Counted from the first letter of the stretch, positions 48,490 through 57,074 are shown. The stretch: DNA of 64,000 nt from Candidatus Sumerlaeales bacterium (GCA_038243585.1 JBBSQY010000013.1:9098-73097); one strand, 5' to 3'. Numbers and translations: made by a program. Notes: generated from the sequence alone by a model not told the origin.

Positions 48490-48987
48490 TTAAAACTGCA
48501 CGGATAAGTCGTCCGCAGTGCCTGGTTTACCATCTGGCCCGTTGGAACTAATACTGTGCATTGCCTGCCGGCCTGCCCCCTGCACAACATATCGATAAAG
48601 ATTACCCCAAGGATCAGTCAATGCCGCTCGGAAATTATTGGAACTGATGTAAGGACCCCGCCAGTTACGTGCGCCTGGCGGGGGGGTAAGCAGTGCGCCG
48701 AGGCCCTCTGCAGCTGTTGGCATTCGGCCCATATCCGCAGAAAACGCTCCAAAAGCCCTTTGTATTCCTGAAAGACTGGCTCCTGTCGCGGTCGGACGTG
48801 CACCAGAAAAATGCCTTCCAGAAGAGATGCCAGAAACAACGGGAATAACAGCAGATGATGCAGCAACGCCAGTGTTTGTAGAGGACTGATAGGATCGGCT
48901 AGTCATCTGTGCGGTTGCAAAGTTGCTGATGGAAAAGACACACACGATTACAACTAGCTTAAGGAAACCAATATAAAAAGATTTCAT
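48490..48987 (-). CDS. Exported protein with T2SS pseudopilin GspG-like globular domain but no prepilin leader
   Basis: The C-terminal GRMPTAAEGLGALLTPPPGARNWRGPYISS...DPWGNLYRYV...SNGPDGKPGTADDL matches the GspG C-terminal pattern. The N-terminus is a Sec-type signal (MKSFYIGFLKLVVIVCVFSISNFATAQ), not G-F-T-L-I-E. Confidence 0.65.
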   Translation of the reverse strand: MKSFYIGFLKLVVIVCVFSISNFATAQMTSRSYQSSTNTGVAASSAVIPVVSGISSGRHFSGARPTATGASLSGIQRAFGAFSADMGRMPTAAEGLGALLTPPPGARNWRGPYISSNNFRAALTDPWGNLYRYVVQGAGRQAMHSISSNGPDGKPGTADDLSVQF

Positions 48988-49087
48988 CCTGAAAAGTATC
49001 TCCGTTTGATTTTCTGTAAGTATATAACCAAAGCACATACTAGAAATTATTGGACAAACATTCCAGTCTAACGCCGATTCCTTTAAG

Positions 49088-50155
49088 TTAAAACGGACTA
49101 GCTTCTCCCGAAGGTCCAGCCTTTATGTCACCAGCCAAGCCAGGGTAAATAAGATATATTCGATCCATTCCCTGCCCGTTCTCTACGTAAGCTGCGACCC
49201 GGTTACCGCCCGACCCACCGGTGGCGTCCCGAAGCACATGATACGTGCGCTCCAAATCGTTGACATTCTGTTTGTCTTCTCCAACATAGCGCATAACGCG
49301 CTCCATGCCTTTAGACATTCCTAATATCCGATGCTTGGAAACAAGGCTATACTCAACCTCTCCACGGTCATTTTTTCGCGAATCCAGACGCACATTACCA
49401 GATCCAAGCTTTATTCCATTCCATGAAAAGCCGGACTCCTGATCAATTGTCAGCTGCGGCGCGCGACGATCCGTTTGGCTCGTAGACGCACCAGACGCTG
49501 AACCTTCCCCTGCAACCGCGGCAACCCCAAGGCGTTCAGTAACCACCTGCACGTCAGAATCAATATTAGCGGTCGCGTTCAGCTTTTTCAACACCTGCCC
49601 AGCCACATCTCTGAGAGATTCTCTACACCCTGTGCCGTCTGTCGCCACAGCTTCATAGTCCGGATACTTTCCGCCCGGGTTCAGTGCCTGACGCAACTCG
49701 TCCAACGGAAGCGCATCCGGCAAGTCTCGCTTGTTATACTGCATGACGAACGGAATCGTTTCCAGATCCAAGCCATAATCCCGCAGATTTTCCTCAAGGT
49801 TCTTAAGGCTGTCGATGCTGTCTTGGAACCGACTAGCTTGGCTGTCGGCCACAAATACGATTCCGTCAACCCCGCGTAATACAAGCTTCCGCGTCGCGTT
49901 ATAGTAAACCTGTCCGGGAACCGTATAAAGCTGAAACTTTGTCTTGAAACCTTTTACGTCACCAATATCCAAAGGCAAAAAATCGAAAAACAGAGTACGA
50001 TCCTGCTCTGTTGCTAAAGAAACCAGTTCTCCACGATGTTTTGCCGGCACATTCCCATGCACATAATGAAGGTTTGTAGTTTTGCCCCCGGCGCCCGGGC
50101 CGTAATAAACAATTTTACAAGTAATCTCTTTAAAGGCGTAATTAATGGATGGCAT
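49088..50155 (-). CDS. mglA: MglA-family Ras-like GTPase with ~165-aa C-terminal extension
   Basis: MPSINYAFKEITCKIVYYGPGAGGKTTNL, DRTLFFDFLP, LYTVPGQVYY, VDGIVFVADSQ and QYNKRDLP are nearly identical to the Myxococcus MglA blocks. The ORF continues about 165 aa beyond the usual end. Confidence 0.85.
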   Translation of the reverse strand: MPSINYAFKEITCKIVYYGPGAGGKTTNLHYVHGNVPAKHRGELVSLATEQDRTLFFDFLPLDIGDVKGFKTKFQLYTVPGQVYYNATRKLVLRGVDGIVFVADSQASRFQDSIDSLKNLEENLRDYGLDLETIPFVMQYNKRDLPDALPLDELRQALNPGGKYPDYEAVATDGTGCRESLRDVAGQVLKKLNATANIDSDVQVVTERLGVAAVAGEGSASGASTSQTDRRAPQLTIDQESGFSWNGIKLGSGNVRLDSRKNDRGEVEYSLVSKHRILGMSKGMERVMRYVGEDKQNVNDLERTYHVLRDATGGSGGNRVAAYVENGQGMDRIYLIYPGLAGDIKAGPSGEASPF

Positions 50156-50307
50156 GAGCTTTGATCGCATCCCTTCGGATAACTTACTGTGTTTGCCTGT
50201 CGATGGTCAGCCTGCAAACGCAGTTAATACAATCGAGTAGTATCGCCCCAATCCCTTGTGGCAAGCAATAAATTTGCTTTCCTTTCGTGCGGCGATCCAC
50301 AATCGAT

Positions 50308-50766
50308 TCATCGATCTTTTTGCATCAGGACTTGCAATTCATGATTAAACTCGCTGATATCTCGAAACTGGCGATAGACGCTGGCGAAGCGCACATAAGC
50401 CACCTCGTCAATTTCACGAATCTGTTTTAATACCATCTCCCCTATTTTTAAAGAACTTACCTCTTTTTCCATCTGGTTATACAATTCCTTTTCCACGGAT
50501 TGTATAACGCGCTCCACCTGGTCTACGGTAACTGGCCGTTTTTCACAGGAGTGAAGTATGCCTTTTATAATTTTTTCCCGATCAAACGCCTCCCGCTTGC
50601 CGTCTCGCTTAACCACTACTATCGGTGTTTTTTCTATCATTTCAAACGAGGTGAACCTGTGAGAACATTCCAGGCACTCACGACGGCGACGTATTGCGTC
50701 CCCGCGTGGGTTTTGTCGTGAATTAACCACCTTGCTTTCGAGGTGACCGCAAAAGGGGCACAACAT
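50308..50766 (-). CDS. nrdR: Transcriptional repressor NrdR (zinc ribbon plus ATP-cone)
   Basis: MLCPFCGH...VVNSR...RRRRECLECSHRFTSFE zinc ribbon followed by an ATP-cone. Start set at ATG 50766. Confidence 0.93.
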   Translation of the reverse strand: MLCPFCGHLESKVVNSRQNPRGDAIRRRRECLECSHRFTSFEMIEKTPIVVVKRDGKREAFDREKIIKGILHSCEKRPVTVDQVERVIQSVEKELYNQMEKEVSSLKIGEMVLKQIREIDEVAYVRFASVYRQFRDISEFNHELQVLMQKDR

Positions 50767-50910
50767 CTGGCGCAGCCTCCTGGCTGAAGATACATTATGT
50801 ATATCTTCCAAGTGAGCGAACTTTACACGTCAATCAAATTTCCTCCGGAAGGTATAGCACATTTGCCGCCTCAAAAGCGGCAAATTCCCAACCGTACCAG
50901 GAGAAACCTT

Positions 50911-51645
50911 ATGCCTGACTCCAATTTCACACACGTGCTGTTTGACGCTGGAGGCACCCTTCTCGGTACAAACACGAGTTCAGAATTCTGGTTCGAGCAA
51001 TTTTTTGTGGACGCTTGCGCAGAACAGGGTTGCGTAGTCACTGTCCACGATGTGCATGAAGTTTTGCGAAACGCCCTGCGCTCCCGCCATTTCGATACGC
51101 GCTGTTCTTCCAATGAGCAGTCAAGAAAGTTTTGGCTGCACATTTACCACGCCGCCTTTTCCGATCTGTTGGGCGCCAAGGCCATGAATCAGCATACGCC
51201 CGCATACATTGAGCACCTTGCGGCGGATTACATTGACAGATTTCAGGATGGAGAGTTCGTCCGTCTTTTCCCTGATGCCCGACAGGCCCTCGAAACCGTC
51301 AAGGCACGGGGACTGAAAATGGGAATTGTATCAAACTTCAGCACCTACCTGGTAGATTTTCTCAGCAAGCTTGAAATAGAAGAATTTTTCGATTTTGTCA
51401 TAACCAGCGCCGCTGAAGGCTGCGAAAAACCCGGAGGTGATATTTTCCGTCTGGCAATTTCCCGGTGCGATGGCTCATCTGCAGAGCAGATACTTTTTAT
51501 CGGAGATAGTCCTGAAGAAGATTACCGCCCTGCTCTCCTACATGGCATGGTCCCCCTGCTAATCGATCGTCATGACCGTCATGCGGACCAGATTGATCTA
51601 ACCCGAATTAAAAGTCTTTCTCAGATTCAAGAATTCCTGAGTTAA
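50911..51645 (+). CDS. HAD-superfamily hydrolase
   Basis: HVLFDAGGTLL (motif I variant), GIVSNF (motif II) and FIGDSPEEDY (motif IV). Start set at ATG 50911. Confidence 0.78.
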   Translation: MPDSNFTHVLFDAGGTLLGTNTSSEFWFEQFFVDACAEQGCVVTVHDVHEVLRNALRSRHFDTRCSSNEQSRKFWLHIYHAAFSDLLGAKAMNQHTPAYIEHLAADYIDRFQDGEFVRLFPDARQALETVKARGLKMGIVSNFSTYLVDFLSKLEIEEFFDFVITSAAEGCEKPGGDIFRLAISRCDGSSAEQILFIGDSPEEDYRPALLHGMVPLLIDRHDRHADQIDLTRIKSLSQIQEFLS

Positions 51646-52029
51646 ACAAAAACGGCTGATATAATTATTAAATAAGCGGGGGGCCGGCTTCCTCGCGCTT
51701 GAACCCGGTCCCCCATTCTGCGGCTTCCCTCTCGCAGAAAATAAACTGGCGGTTGATGTCGCGTATGTCTGCGCCATTCCTTAAGTTAGGTAACAAGATA
51801 CGGTCCCACTGGTCTTTAGCCTGCCGGTTATGCGCTAAACTCGGTCGTGACAGCATTTAGTAAGTGGATTAGTCAATTGACATTCTGGAGACTGCGTACG
51901 AAATGGTACGTCTATTCTATCTTGGCACTCGATTTGGAACGTGTTTTGAATGGGTCCCATTTACTTTTGATTTTATTCCGGCCGCTGCGGACTTGTGTAA
52001 AATCCTCAAAGCTGCCGCGTTCCGGCAGG

Positions 52030-53460
52030 TTATATTTCCTGCACCATCGCCAGTTGCTCTTTCTCTATAAATACGTCAGAAATCTTGTGCAGCGGACGGA
52101 GGGGCACAGCCGACTCGTGGCAGAATTCGATCACACGGAGAATAACTAGATATTCCAGCGTCAGCCGCTCCATAGGATAATCGTAATAAACCCGAACACT
52201 TGTAGAAAACGTTTGATCAAAAATATCGGCCATCACCGGAACCCGAATTCGTTCCAAATCAGGCTGCTGAAACATATCAAACTGCAGTTTTAACTGCCGG
52301 CGTTCCGTAAGCTGCTGTTCGAAATACGCGCAGCGATCCTTCCAGAAATCCAGAACCTGTTGAATAACGTGCAGTGCCCACCCGATACCGCTTTCCTCTA
52401 AGTCAATACAGATGGGTTCATACACATTAACATCGTCCGCATGAAGGCGCTGGCGAACATTCAGCGTTTCCGTTACAGAAAACTTCCACAGCTTCAGCCG
52501 CGAATTCACATCCGAAAACACGTCCACCTGCACGGCGGCGCAAAACTTAGCCTGGCTAAGCAGAAACAGTTCCATTACAAACTGAGAAAATTGATATCGG
52601 GTATCCGCCGTCATCAGGGCAAAAAAGTTGCTCTCGGCGGCCGTCCATTCCAGAAACTCAATATCATATCGCCCCAGCATCTCAGACGACGCCTGATGCA
52701 ACCAGGCCACGCCCTCAAACGGCATGGAGCCAGCATTGCGATTAACAGAAAGAATGCGAGCTGTTCGATTATCCAGAAAATTTGTACGCAGGCGCAGTTC
52801 AGGTTCCTGTAAACCCATAAGAAGATCATACAGAAAAAGCAAAATTACCTTTTGCATCAATACCTGCATAAATGCCGGCGTAGCGCTGGTACGGGCACCA
52901 ATTCCCACTTTCCATAAATCCAGCCACCGGGCAAATTCCTCTGCGCGCTGGCTGTTGGATTTCCTTTCGCATTTGTTCCAGATGCCAGCTAGGTCAAGGC
53001 CATCAGAGGCAGGTTGCAGAAAAACCTCGTCTAGTCCGCCATAATCGTTTCCCCAGCGTATCAGCTCTTCGAGGTTCGAATCATACAGGAAAAAGCTTTT
53101 TTTGCCTATAAACAAGATATACGGGATTTCACAATGCGGTTTCAGCCGAAGCATCGTCTCCGCAATAAAAGCATTTTTATCCACATACTGCTCAAACAAC
53201 TCATGAAACTGTGGCAACTCCGCCGCGACAGTGTAGATAAGACAGAACGGCCGAGTATCGAACTGCGGCTGACTTACAACACAAGGGGGAAACCGACGCA
53301 TTCCGCCCCGAACAACAGCAGACAAATCCCTGCCCGCCTCGCTCTGAACTCCGTCCGGAGCGTGTACCGGATTCAGGTTCATAGCCAGCGTCTCAGGCTC
53401 ACCTCGACGGTCTTGCCGCAGGTCATCCATGGATTGCCAGAATCGTTCGAACAGGTTCAT
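52030..53460 (-). CDS. Hypothetical protein (476 aa), no recognised family
   Basis: Long clean ORF with no competing frame. A weak hairpin (CTGCCG..CGGCAG) lies downstream. Only loose pattern resemblance to the N-terminal nuclease-plus-helical module of type IIG restriction-modification enzymes. Confidence 0.6.
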   Translation of the reverse strand: MNLFERFWQSMDDLRQDRRGEPETLAMNLNPVHAPDGVQSEAGRDLSAVVRGGMRRFPPCVVSQPQFDTRPFCLIYTVAAELPQFHELFEQYVDKNAFIAETMLRLKPHCEIPYILFIGKKSFFLYDSNLEELIRWGNDYGGLDEVFLQPASDGLDLAGIWNKCERKSNSQRAEEFARWLDLWKVGIGARTSATPAFMQVLMQKVILLFLYDLLMGLQEPELRLRTNFLDNRTARILSVNRNAGSMPFEGVAWLHQASSEMLGRYDIEFLEWTAAESNFFALMTADTRYQFSQFVMELFLLSQAKFCAAVQVDVFSDVNSRLKLWKFSVTETLNVRQRLHADDVNVYEPICIDLEESGIGWALHVIQQVLDFWKDRCAYFEQQLTERRQLKLQFDMFQQPDLERIRVPVMADIFDQTFSTSVRVYYDYPMERLTLEYLVILRVIEFCHESAVPLRPLHKISDVFIEKEQLAMVQEI

Positions 53461-53594
53461 TGGTCTGGCTGATCAATTCGTGCTATGCGCTCTGCTATGC
53501 AAGAGGAAACGCAGACTAAATTCTTAAACAAGTTGCCTGCTTGCTGTAGATTTACAAGAAATGTAGTTTATCCGACCGAAAAAGGGAGATTAGA

Positions 53595-53873
53595 ATGCCT
53601 GAACGACTGAGTGATTTCGAAGTAGAAAAAAAACTTGCTGACCTGCCCGGGTGGTCAAAACAAGGCGATCAGATCGAAAAGGAGTATAAATTTAAGGATT
53701 TTGTGGAAGCTCTAAAGTTCGTTAATAGAGTTGGCGAGGAAGCTGAAAAGATGGATCACCACCCTGATTTATTCATCCACGACTGGAATCAGGTCAAGAT
53801 GACTCTAAGCACCCACTCCGCAAAAGGCTTAACCGCAAACGACTTTGAGCTTGCTCATCGGGCCGATCGCTGA
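53595..53873 (+). CDS. phhB: Pterin-4-alpha-carbinolamine dehydratase (PCD/DCoH)
   Basis: 92 aa with KFKDF..ALKFVNRVGEEAEKMDHHPD motif. GGGAGA Shine-Dalgarno. Confidence 0.9.
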   Translation: MPERLSDFEVEKKLADLPGWSKQGDQIEKEYKFKDFVEALKFVNRVGEEAEKMDHHPDLFIHDWNQVKMTLSTHSAKGLTANDFELAHRADR

Positions 53874-53887
53874 ATACCTCTATCCTT

Positions 53888-54238
53888 ATGGACACAAGCG
53901 ATAGTACTAACATGGAAATGGACCCGCGGGAAGTAGAAAACCTGCTTAAAGAGCAATCATCTTCTTTTCAGCTTGTTGATGTGCGGGAAGATTGGGAATT
54001 AGTCAAAGGTACACTTCCTGGCGCGCTACATGTGCCACTGTCGAAGTTTACTGACTATCAGGACCAGTGGAAATCGAACGTATCGTACATTGTTTACTGC
54101 GAACATGGAGTACGAAGTTTGGATGTTGTCATGTGGCTGGCTCAGAACAAAGGAATTCAAGCGAAGTCCATGCGCGGTGGATATACAGTCTGGCGTGGTC
54201 CTGTAGAGACCAGCCTTGGTGGCAGCATCAACCCGTGA
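53888..54238 (+). CDS. Single-domain rhodanese sulfurtransferase
   Basis: Active-site loop YCEHGVRS. Length 116 aa. Confidence 0.82.
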   Translation: MDTSDSTNMEMDPREVENLLKEQSSSFQLVDVREDWELVKGTLPGALHVPLSKFTDYQDQWKSNVSYIVYCEHGVRSLDVVMWLAQNKGIQAKSMRGGYTVWRGPVETSLGGSINP

Positions 54239-54972
54239 AGGGTATATTTATAACAGGCACAGATACAGGCGTTGGCAAAACCGTGGCGACTGCGACGTTG
54301 TGTCGAATTTTGCGCTCTCGTGGTGTGGACGCTGTGGCTCTCAAGCCTTTTGCAACTGGCATATCCCTGGCAACCCGGTGGCAGGATAACGATCCACTTG
54401 TATTGTCCGCCGCCATGGATTATATAGAACAGCCTCAAGAGGTTTCGTCAGTGAACCTCTCCCCACCCCTCAGCCCATATGACGCGGCACGAGTTACGGG
54501 CATCAACCTCGACTTTAATGCCATAATAAAAACTCTTAATATCGTTGCCGTACGTCATTCCTTTGCTATAATCGAAGGCGTCGGCGGAGTTTGTGTCCCA
54601 ATAACTGATCAACTGGTTATCGCTGATTTTATAAAGTGCTTAGATATCCCGGCACTGGTAGTAGCCAGGTCTACAATAGGCACCATAAACCACAGCCTGC
54701 TAACCATCCGGGCGCTGCGGCAATCAGGCGTCGACGTAAACGGCGTAGTATTCATGCGCGCGGCGCGAGGAGAGTTTTCCCTAGATGAGATAGTTGGCCC
54801 CGAAACCGCCTGCCGCTTTGCGCAAACGAAGAATTTTGGCCTTATCGATTATTCCGACGACCTTAATCAGGCACAAACGTTGGAAGATTTCGTCAACGCA
54901 CTGCCTGTAAATGATCCTACATTGATGACCGTAGCCACCTCCCTAATCAAAAACTGTCAAATGGTTCTGTAA
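54235..54972 (+). CDS. bioD: Dethiobiotin synthase
   Basis: GTG start at 54235 overlaps the rhodanese stop (GTGA). VKGIFITGTDTGVGKT P-loop and EGVGG block. The track ORF from 54067 is an out-of-context upstream extension. Confidence 0.85.
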   Translation: MKGIFITGTDTGVGKTVATATLCRILRSRGVDAVALKPFATGISLATRWQDNDPLVLSAAMDYIEQPQEVSSVNLSPPLSPYDAARVTGINLDFNAIIKTLNIVAVRHSFAIIEGVGGVCVPITDQLVIADFIKCLDIPALVVARSTIGTINHSLLTIRALRQSGVDVNGVVFMRAARGEFSLDEIVGPETACRFAQTKNFGLIDYSDDLNQAQTLEDFVNALPVNDPTLMTVATSLIKNCQMVL

Positions 54973-55256
54973 AACGGTCAAACGTAGTCATGAGGCCTGC
55001 TCTAAATCGTTCTGCCAGCCCCTATATAAGCTTCAGCCCGTTTTTTGAGGCTGGCACAGGCGAGATCGCAGGGCACGTAAGTTGTATGGGCAATCGCTTA
55101 CCCACCCCTCGTATTTAATTTAGGTCGCCCGCAACTTGGGTCGGTTTGCATGGTGCAAAGCGGATGATTGTATTTTGGCACGGATCATGAGCAGTTAACG
55201 ATCGCAAAGCAATTTTGAGATGGTTGGATACGCAAATGCGATATCGCGCTTTTAAG

Positions 55257-55353
55257 TATAATATTTTCCAGCCTGCCCGCTGGCGAGGAGATGATGCGGC
55301 GGCGGCGGAGGACCAGGGCAGGTTTAATATTGGCTTTTGTAAGAGATGTATAG
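55257..55353 (+). promoter_or_regulatory. Candidate leader: TATAAT box, GC-rich hairpin and 20-codon Arg-rich mini-ORF
   Basis: TATAAT at 55257-55262. 9-bp stem 55270-55278 / 55316-55324. GAGGAG then ATG ATG CGG CGG CGG CGG AGG ACC AGG ... TAG (55291-55353; MMRRRRRTRAGLILAFVRDV). Confidence 0.25.
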
Positions 55354-55537
55354 TTTTGGCGCCCGCACTATGAGATGTTTCTTATGGCCGTTTCGCCGAT
55401 ATTCTTACTACCTTTAATCGGAATGATATAGTGCATCGCAGATAGAAGTGAAGACCAAGCGTAAAAAATATGGCTATGCTTCATTGTGAAATAAACCGGC
55501 AAAAAAACTTTCCATACAACTCGGATTTTGCTTTCAA

Positions 55538-55563
55538 CCCCGGTTCTAGAACGGGTATTTTTT
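55538..55563 (+). terminator. Weak terminator-like hairpin plus T6 immediately upstream of the DUF1015 gene
   Basis: CCCGGTT-CTAG-AACGGG (3+3 bp with one bulged G) followed by TATTTTTT. It lies 44 nt before ATG 55607. Confidence 0.35.
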
Positions 55564-55606
55564 CAATTTATAAGTCAGTAAGCACGAAAGGCCTCAGGAC
55601 CCACAA

Positions 55607-56971
55607 ATGGCAGAAGTTTATCCATTTATTGGAACTCGCTACAATTCGCAACTGATCGGCAACCTTGGCAAGGTGTTAAGCCCACCGGGTGATGCTACGT
55701 CGGTAGAGCTACGGGCTGTGCTGTATGATCAGCATGATCATAACATTGTACGCTTGGAAAGCTCTAAGGTCGAAGGTGAAGACGACGGCTTTTCTAACCG
55801 TTTTACCAGGGCTGCTAATCTGTTAGGAACGTGGCGAAGTGATGGGGTTTTTATTGAAGACGAAAAGCCCTCATTCTACCTTTATGAACAACTCTTTACC
55901 ACCCCTGACGGCGAAAAACACCGGCGGGCTGGGTTCGTTGCCAAAGTCAAGCTGGAAGAAAATACGCCGGTTGATACCGACGTTATCGATAACTTTTCCG
56001 GCGCACGAGCGGATTACCTGAACCTGATACGTTCAACTAATGCAAACATCAGCGCCGTCGCATCTCTCTTTAGCGATCCGAACGATGAAGTATTGTCAAC
56101 CCTGCAATCTCGAATGACGGAAAAGCCATGGGAGGAAACCACGGACAATTGTGGGGTTGTGCATCGCCTTTGGGTTGTTCAAAAAAGAGACCTGTTACTT
56201 TCACTTGTGGAAGCAATGAAGGCTCAGAAACTTTTCGTTGCCGAAGGGCATCTTAGATACGTTACAGCGCAAATTTACCGCGATGAAATGCGGGCTGAAA
56301 CTGGTAAAGCCGACGGTAAGCAACCGTTTGACTATGTAATGATGCTACTTTTACCTGCGCAACAGCCGGGCATTATGTTCTCCCCTACCCATCGAGCATT
56401 GACCAAGGCCATAATGGCGGATGTCGACATCAAGGACGCACTGGAGGAACTGGCCGATCACTTTGAGGTCCACAAAGAGAAGGTCGACCTCGCCGGCGGG
56501 GCAGAGGAAGCCTCCAGAATGCAACAGCGTCTGCGTGAACTGGGCCACGGAAATACTGCCATCGCTCTCGTTCATGCCACTGGGATTGCCTACTATCTGG
56601 TAATGAAAGACGGTGTCCGTGTGGCCGACCTGTACGATAGTGAAGATGTACCCGAATGCGTCGGATCCCTTGATGCCTGCGTTCTTCATAATTTCATAAT
56701 TAACCAAGTAATGATTGGCAACCCTGAGTACGAGCTCGAGGACGACGAATGTCTTTATGTTGCCTCGACTGAACTCCTGCTCCAACTCCTAAACAATAGG
56801 AAAGCGGTCTGCGGATTTATGCTGAACTCCGTGCCTGTACACAAAATGGTAGACCTTGCCAATACTGGCGTGTCTATCCCGCTGGACATAGGAGTTCTCA
56901 GCCCGCGGCCCGTCACTGGCCTCGTGTTGCGCAACATGCAGACAGACGCTCAGAAACCAAAAAAGCGCTAA
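55607..56971 (+). CDS. DUF1015 family protein
   Basis: N-terminus MAEVYPFIGTRYNSQ...VLSPPGD resembles the DUF1015 hallmark (PF.G.RY...PPYD). Length 454 aa. Confidence 0.75.
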   Translation: MAEVYPFIGTRYNSQLIGNLGKVLSPPGDATSVELRAVLYDQHDHNIVRLESSKVEGEDDGFSNRFTRAANLLGTWRSDGVFIEDEKPSFYLYEQLFTTPDGEKHRRAGFVAKVKLEENTPVDTDVIDNFSGARADYLNLIRSTNANISAVASLFSDPNDEVLSTLQSRMTEKPWEETTDNCGVVHRLWVVQKRDLLLSLVEAMKAQKLFVAEGHLRYVTAQIYRDEMRAETGKADGKQPFDYVMMLLLPAQQPGIMFSPTHRALTKAIMADVDIKDALEELADHFEVHKEKVDLAGGAEEASRMQQRLRELGHGNTAIALVHATGIAYYLVMKDGVRVADLYDSEDVPECVGSLDACVLHNFIINQVMIGNPEYELEDDECLYVASTELLLQLLNNRKAVCGFMLNSVPVHKMVDLANTGVSIPLDIGVLSPRPVTGLVLRNMQTDAQKPKKR

Positions 56972-57074
56972 TCGTTTCTGACCATTACTGCGATTAGGCT
57001 AACAGTCCAAGCCTCCATAAAAAACATTTCGGAGCCCTCCGATTACCATTTCAGATATTTGGTATAAAAAATCC

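Noticed and set aside
51668-51856. 62-aa minus-strand ORF in the gap between the HAD hydrolase and the 476-aa orphan gene
   Set aside because: It has no Shine-Dalgarno upstream of its ATG. Its 3' end coincides with a 10-bp GC hairpin (51678-51714) that more likely belongs to the HAD gene's 3' end. It has no recognisable fold. I kept it out of the features, but it is not excluded as a real small protein.
51923-51937. Sigma-54-like element TGGCAC-N5-TTGG
   Set aside because: The -12 element lacks the conserved GC (TTGG instead of TTGC). The nearest plus-strand gene is 1.6 kb downstream, beyond an opposite-strand gene.
54067-54234. Upstream 56-codon extension of the bioD ORF given in the track
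   Set aside because: It overlaps the rhodanese gene in another frame. The P-loop N-terminus (VKGIFITGTDTGVGKT) begins at GTG 54235, which forms a GTGA stop/start overlap typical of coupled genes.
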